Of a stretch of DNA of 64,000 nucleotides, positions 59,893 through 64,000 are shown one piece after another. The position numbers and the translations under genes were made by a program. Position 1 is the stretch's first letter; each line of letters starts with the position of its first letter. The stretch is from a virus, in the IMG/VR virus record IMGVR_UViG_3300032116_000088, positions 26,668-90,667 of that record; one strand, given 5' to 3'. The notes beneath the pieces are model-generated. The model was not told where the DNA came from. It saw only the letters and a program-made list of their open reading frames with translations, and made no database searches.

Positions 59893-59972
59893 GGGCCTAA
59901 AATGGTGTCGATTGCACAGCAAAGCCGCAAGTCGGAGTGTGTAAGACCACAGTTCGATTCTGTGTAGGTCCA
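59893..59972 (+). ncRNA. Stand-alone tmRNA tRNA-like domain (mini-tmRNA)
   Basis: Acceptor GGGCCUA/UAGGUCC with G3.U70 and A73; stemless D-loop AAAUGGUGUCGA; 7-bp stem; GAC then T-arm CACAG-UUCGAUU-CUGUG. Confidence 0.8.
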
Positions 59973-59975
59973 CGA

Positions 59976-60047
59976 TGACCTTTAGCTCAATGGCAGAGCA
60001 GAGAGCTGTTAACTCTAAGGTTCCTGGTTCGAGTCCAGGAAGGTCAG
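59976..60047 (+). tRNA. tRNA-Asn(GTT)
   Basis: Full cloverleaf: TGACCTT/AAGGTCA, GCTC/GAGC, loop CT-GTT-AA, CCTGG-TTCGAGT-CCAGG, G73; no encoded CCA. Confidence 0.93.
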
Positions 60048-60062
60048 CGATAGGAGAATAAA

Positions 60063-60173
60063 ATGGCAAAAGTAAAAGGTGCCCGTAATGACAATCGTAC
60101 CAATGGAAAAGCTTTTAAGAAGCGTCCAAAGGTATTCGATAAGATTAAACGGAAACTAGTAAACAAGGTATAA
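60063..60173 (+). CDS. 36-aa highly basic peptide (not in ORF track)
   Basis: AGGAG SD; MAKVKGARNDNRTNGKAFKKRPKVFDKIKRKLVNKV. Confidence 0.6.
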   Translation: MAKVKGARNDNRTNGKAFKKRPKVFDKIKRKLVNKV

Positions 60174-60174
60174 G

Positions 60175-60348
60175 ATGGCTACTTACGAATATAAGTGTGA
60201 AGTATGTAACTCTATTGTTAGCGTTACTAACCCCATATCTGAAGAAATTAAAATACCAAAGTGTCTGGCTTGTAAAAAAGATATGGTTCGTATATTTAAT
60301 GCCCCAGGGTTATCCTTTAAAGGAATAGGTTGGGGGTCTGACAGGTGA
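60175..60348 (+). CDS. FmdB-family zinc-ribbon protein (not in ORF track)
   Basis: MATYEYKCEVC...CLAC..DMVRIF.APG.SFKG.GW. Confidence 0.85.
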   Translation: MATYEYKCEVCNSIVSVTNPISEEIKIPKCLACKKDMVRIFNAPGLSFKGIGWGSDR

Positions 60349-60680
60349 TTCCAGAAACAATTAAAATAGGAACACAAGTTTGGACTATCGTTGAACATAC
60401 TTCCAAAGAAGACGGTATGCTCTACGAAGACAACTACGGGTATACGCTAGAACGTCGTAATATGATTGTTTTAGATAAAGACGCATCAGATACCCGTAAG
60501 CAACAGGTATTGATGCACGAGATTCTACATGCAATCAGGTTTACTTTTTTTACTGGAAATAAGATGGCACCTAAGTTAAGCTTTGAAGATACAGAGCATT
60601 ATTTTATTGGAATGTATGAAGAAACCATTTTAATGGTATTTAAAGACAACCCTCAGCTTATAAAGTATCTTTTATCTTAA
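60345..60680 (+). CDS. HExxH metallopeptidase-like protein
   Basis: VLMHEILHAI...E. Confidence 0.65.
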   Translation: MIPETIKIGTQVWTIVEHTSKEDGMLYEDNYGYTLERRNMIVLDKDASDTRKQQVLMHEILHAIRFTFFTGNKMAPKLSFEDTEHYFIGMYEETILMVFKDNPQLIKYLLS

Positions 60681-60785
60681 TAACCACATCCCTATAAATT
60701 ATATGATAGGGTTTTTACATAACTGAATACTGTCGCTTCGACAATAAACGACCAAGTACTAACGCAAGGAAAGGTAGGTCGCTAA

Positions 60786-61313
60786 ATGAAAAAGTACGTA
60801 ATAATCGCCAGCATACTTGTAACACTTGCTGGTTGTTCTGCATCAGCCACAATGGCCGTTCAGCCAAAACCGGTTGCTGCTCCAACACAAACAAAAGAAC
60901 CAAAAACATTTTTGCAAATGGTAAAGCCACAAGCTAATACTAAGCAAATGAAAAAAGTAATTAAATACCTAAAAACTCGTGAATATAAAACAAGTTATGT
61001 GTTTTCTGGTTCAAGTCCTCGTGGATGGGACTGTTCGGGTCTAGTACGCTGGACCTATAAAAGATTCGGATTAGATATACCACACTCAGCAGACAAACAA
61101 GCTCATATAGGCACAAGAGTATCTAAGCCTAAACTTGGAGATATAGTAGTGTTTGCTTATCCTGGTTCCACACATTTCTATCATTCCGCCATTTATATTG
61201 GAAATGGAAAAATAATCAATGCACATTCTGGTGCTAAAACAACAATCATTCAGCCTTTGACTGACTATAAAGGTCATCAAATAAGATACGTAAGATTAGT
61301 TCCAACGCTATAA
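60786..61313 (+). CDS. NlpC/P60 peptidoglycan endopeptidase, secreted/lipoprotein
   Basis: LAGC lipobox; YVFSGSSPRGWDCSGLV, GDIV.F, HSAIYIGNG..I.A. Confidence 0.9.
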   Translation: MKKYVIIASILVTLAGCSASATMAVQPKPVAAPTQTKEPKTFLQMVKPQANTKQMKKVIKYLKTREYKTSYVFSGSSPRGWDCSGLVRWTYKRFGLDIPHSADKQAHIGTRVSKPKLGDIVVFAYPGSTHFYHSAIYIGNGKIINAHSGAKTTIIQPLTDYKGHQIRYVRLVPTL

Positions 61314-61318
61314 GTATG

Positions 61319-61348
61319 GCCCCGCTGGTTTAGGCTGGCGGGGCTTTT
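61319..61348 (+). terminator. Intrinsic terminator
   Basis: GCCCCGCTGG..CTGGCGGGGC then TTTT. Confidence 0.75.
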
Positions 61349-61388
61349 ACTTTATGTCATAATTTATATTGATGTTAAAGGAGTTTAC

Positions 61389-61921
61389 ATGGGTGCCTTA
61401 GATGATAAGCCCTTTGGTGTAGTTAGTACCGATACTTCTATGCAGGACGAAGGAGAGGCTATGAGAAGAGACCCTAGGTTTCTTGGTGACCCTTCTCAAA
61501 GTATGCGGTTTGAGGGAAAAAGACCCGATAGAAACGTATCGGCAAGGCAGATGAATATGTCAGGACACGATTAATGCCAGCTCAGCGTAAGTTAACAGAT
61601 AAAACTAAAGGAATGTTTGCTGGACAAGCTGTTGACCTTGGTCAGTATTTAGATGCAAATTTAAATAAAACTAGTGGAACTTATCCTTATGATATCCGTG
61701 GTGCAAATACTCGTGGAGAACAACAGCAAAGCGATTTTGCATTTAACCAGTGGCCGTATATGGTTTCTGGAATGACACAGTATGACCCTTCTGCATTACA
61801 ACCAGGCTCTAATCTAAGTGCAGTTCAACTTGGAGCAAGAAGTCTTGCTAAAGCGGCTGGGTTAGATGGTAGGCCTATTGGTAATCCTTCTGGGTTGAAC
61901 GGTATGCCAGGTAATATCTAA
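61389..61921 (+). other. Two hypothetical ORFs (61389-61574, 61574-61921)
   Basis: AAGGAG SD, TAATG coupling. Confidence 0.55.
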
Positions 61922-62007
61922 AAAAATTTTATATTATTAAATAGGAATCATAATATCTGTCTAATACCTCAACAATTCGTAATACCTTAAATTAGTTAGA
62001 GGTTAAA

Positions 62008-62268
62008 ATGAAACTTTTCATGATTATTTTCAAGAGAACTATTGCTCTTGTTATTTTAAAGGTTAGCGGTGTCTTAGCCGCAGGCTCTGTCTTTGGGGCC
62101 CAGTTGTGGCAGTCTGCTGCTATTGCCGCGTTTGTCGGTATTATGGAAGTGGCAGAGTCGCTGGCTCGTGCTTATGTTGTTGATGGAGAATTGGACAAAG
62201 ACGAAATTAATACCGCATTTGCTAGCTCTGCAGAAGCTAAAGTAGCTGAAAGCAAGAACAAAGAGTAG
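62008..62268 (+). CDS. Membrane protein (holin-like)
   Basis: Two hydrophobic helices then DGEL..DEIN.AF; near lysin. Confidence 0.55.
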   Translation: MKLFMIIFKRTIALVILKVSGVLAAGSVFGAQLWQSAAIAAFVGIMEVAESLARAYVVDGELDKDEINTAFASSAEAKVAESKNKE

Positions 62269-63683
62269 TGCGTAGTCTGCGTAAAATCGCAGCACTATTC
62301 GGAATACTTTATGTAGTTTTTACTCCATTACTGTTCAGCTCACCAGCTCAAGCAGATACTCAAGTTGGGCTAACTCAAGACGTGTATACGTATGACCCGT
62401 CAAGCACACCCGAAAGACAGGCATATACGCTTTGCAGCACTGGTATAGTTTCAGACATTAACTGGGATGTAGGCGGAGGGGTAGTCGCTGGTTGTCAGGA
62501 AGACTTTGTTCTTATTCACTGGTATGGCTATATCACTTTGCCTGTAGATGGTGATGTAGTATTCCAATCTTATGCTGACGACGGTTTCTACATGACCATT
62601 GGTGAAAATGTAGTTATAGATAACTGGTGGCTAAAAGGCTGTTGGGGTACTCAAGGAACTGCCAAATTTGAGGCTGGCGTATCACAGAAAATAGACATTT
62701 GGTGGTACGAGTATGGCGGAGGGGCATGTAACTATCTATATTACAACGACCCTACGACAGGTCTTACTCTTACAAACCCGAGTATGTTTACTACTGAACC
62801 AGTTGTTCCTGTAATCCCTCCTTCGTTAAATGCACCAATAAATGTACAAACTTCTGTAGTTGAAAACAACATTACTGTAATCTGGGACACGCCTCAAGAC
62901 ACAGGCACCGCTATTGAACGTTACGCTTTGTTCTGGACATACGATGACTTAACGGGTTGGGCAGTAGCCGTAATTGGAAATACATACACATTAACAGGGT
63001 TACCTGAAAATAAAGACGTTAAAATTTGGTTACGTTCAGACAACGACACTATTCCCGTCTATTCTCCTAATACAGAAGTTGTAGTAGTTACTACTGGCAC
63101 TATTTATGTTCCGCCCCCACCTCCTCCCCCTGTAGACCCTCCGGTAGACCCACCAGTTGACCCGCCAGTTGACCCCGAACCAGTTGACCCTGAGCCTGTA
63201 AAACCAGAGCCACCTGTAGTTGAACCACCTGTAATAGAGCCACCTATTGTTGAACCACCGGTCACTACTCCAGAAGAAAAATTAGAAGAACTTACTGATA
63301 TTGTTCCTTCTGAATTAACTGAAGAACAAGTGGAACAACTTCAAGAAGCTGCTTACGAAGTGCTAGAAACTGCTGAAGAAGGTTCTCCCGAATATGAAGA
63401 GGCCCTTGATGCACTTTTTATTGCTGCTCAAGCAGATGATATTGAAGTTCCGGAAGAACTTGCTGCTATTCCAGTTCTTGGAACTCTAGCAGTAGGACTT
63501 ACAGATGCAGTTAACTTTGTAGGAAACGTCGGAGCAGACATGAGTCCCAAAGCTCGTGAAGCTGCAGAAAAACAAGTACTCGTGTCTGTAGTTGCTGTTG
63601 GAGCAGCAGTACAGGCAGCCGCAGGAGCAGCCACTAGTGCAGCAGCCGCTGCAGCTAGTTCAACATCTAGTAGAAAGAACTAA
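62268..63683 (+). CDS. Secreted PA14 + FN3 + Pro-rich protein
   Basis: Signal peptide; ADDGFY and WYEYGGGA (PA14); FN3-like; DPPV repeats; Ala-rich C-terminal segment. Confidence 0.75.
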   Translation: MRSLRKIAALFGILYVVFTPLLFSSPAQADTQVGLTQDVYTYDPSSTPERQAYTLCSTGIVSDINWDVGGGVVAGCQEDFVLIHWYGYITLPVDGDVVFQSYADDGFYMTIGENVVIDNWWLKGCWGTQGTAKFEAGVSQKIDIWWYEYGGGACNYLYYNDPTTGLTLTNPSMFTTEPVVPVIPPSLNAPINVQTSVVENNITVIWDTPQDTGTAIERYALFWTYDDLTGWAVAVIGNTYTLTGLPENKDVKIWLRSDNDTIPVYSPNTEVVVVTTGTIYVPPPPPPPVDPPVDPPVDPPVDPEPVDPEPVKPEPPVVEPPVIEPPIVEPPVTTPEEKLEELTDIVPSELTEEQVEQLQEAAYEVLETAEEGSPEYEEALDALFIAAQADDIEVPEELAAIPVLGTLAVGLTDAVNFVGNVGADMSPKAREAAEKQVLVSVVAVGAAVQAAAGAATSAAAAAASSTSSRKN

Positions 63684-63684
63684 C

Positions 63685-63852
63685 ATGAAGAATTTCTTCA
63701 ATGACATCGTAGGCCAAATTTGGACCTTGCTTGGTATGTTTGTTGCTTGGATTGTTCTGGAAGGTACTGCTAAGACAGTAGTGGGATGGCTAATTATTGC
63801 CTCCACAATTATCTGGGTAATAACTTTTCCACTGCGAAAAGATGACGAATAA
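63685..63852 (+). CDS. Small two-helix membrane protein
   Basis: WTLLGMFVAWIVLEGTAK. Confidence 0.6.
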   Translation: MKNFFNDIVGQIWTLLGMFVAWIVLEGTAKTVVGWLIIASTIIWVITFPLRKDDE

Positions 63853-63886
63853 GAGACAATAGAAATATAAACCCGAAAGGAAAACC

Positions 63887-64000
63887 ATGCCAGAAGCAAT
63901 CTATATTGAACCATTCCCTAAAGCAAAACGTGGTGACGAATTTAAGAACATGGCTTCTTACCGTACAAACCCACACCGTGGAGTTGACTGGTCCGTACCA
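63887..64000 (+). CDS. M23 peptidase endolysin (3'-truncated by window)
   Basis: GAAAGGA SD; HRGVD (HxxxD). Confidence 0.6.
   Translation, partial: MPEAIYIEPFPKAKRGDEFKNMASYRTNPHRGVDWSVP

Noticed and set aside
59893-59972. Ordinary tRNA-Ala or pseudo-tRNA
   Set aside because: No D-stem and no 7-nt anticodon loop, while the acceptor and T-arm are intact and carry tmRNA-type motifs.
60681-60785. c-di-AMP (ydaO) riboswitch upstream of NlpC/P60
   Set aside because: Only a CTGAAT-like word; region too short and lacks the other conserved elements.
1-64000. Alternative genetic code
   Set aside because: Genes are intact and tightly coupled under the standard code, with all three stop codons in use.

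Overview
This window is a 64-kb, AT-rich segment of a large contractile-tailed (myovirus-like) phage. Two WhiB genes, a DUF732 lipoprotein and an MSMEG_6728-like glycosylase point to an actinobacterial host. Layout: (1-12.2 kb) tail chaperone, tape measure with M23 domain, baseplate and tail genes. (12.2-28 kb) replication and recombination: DnaC, DnaB, DnaG, SNF2 helicase, SSB, PolA, RecA, resolvases, Cas4-like nuclease, SpoVS. (28-37 kb) orphan low-complexity proteins. (37-42.5 kb) nucleotidyltransferase, HAD, TGT-like protein and class II RNR. (42.6-57 kb, minus strand) an early/accessory arm with WhiB, HicA-like, DenV-like and a MoxR AAA-vWA pair, ending in a dense hairpin array beside an HNH gene (probable genome end). 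(58-64 kb) Hsp20, RNA genes, NlpC/P60, a PA14 surface protein and the start of an M23 lysin. The most striking observations are two RNA elements. The first is an 80-nt stand-alone tmRNA tRNA-like domain (G3.U70 acceptor, no D-stem, no anticodon arm, no message) at 59893-59972. The second is a ~680-nt structured non-coding region at 51690-52372 (minus strand) containing a pseudoknot, a 10-nt linker and an SsrA-tag-like ORF (TNDDNVKSNTKQLSV*). Together they suggest a tmRNA split into two separately encoded parts, which is a hypothesis only. All calls are by eye from motifs and synteny; no searches were run.
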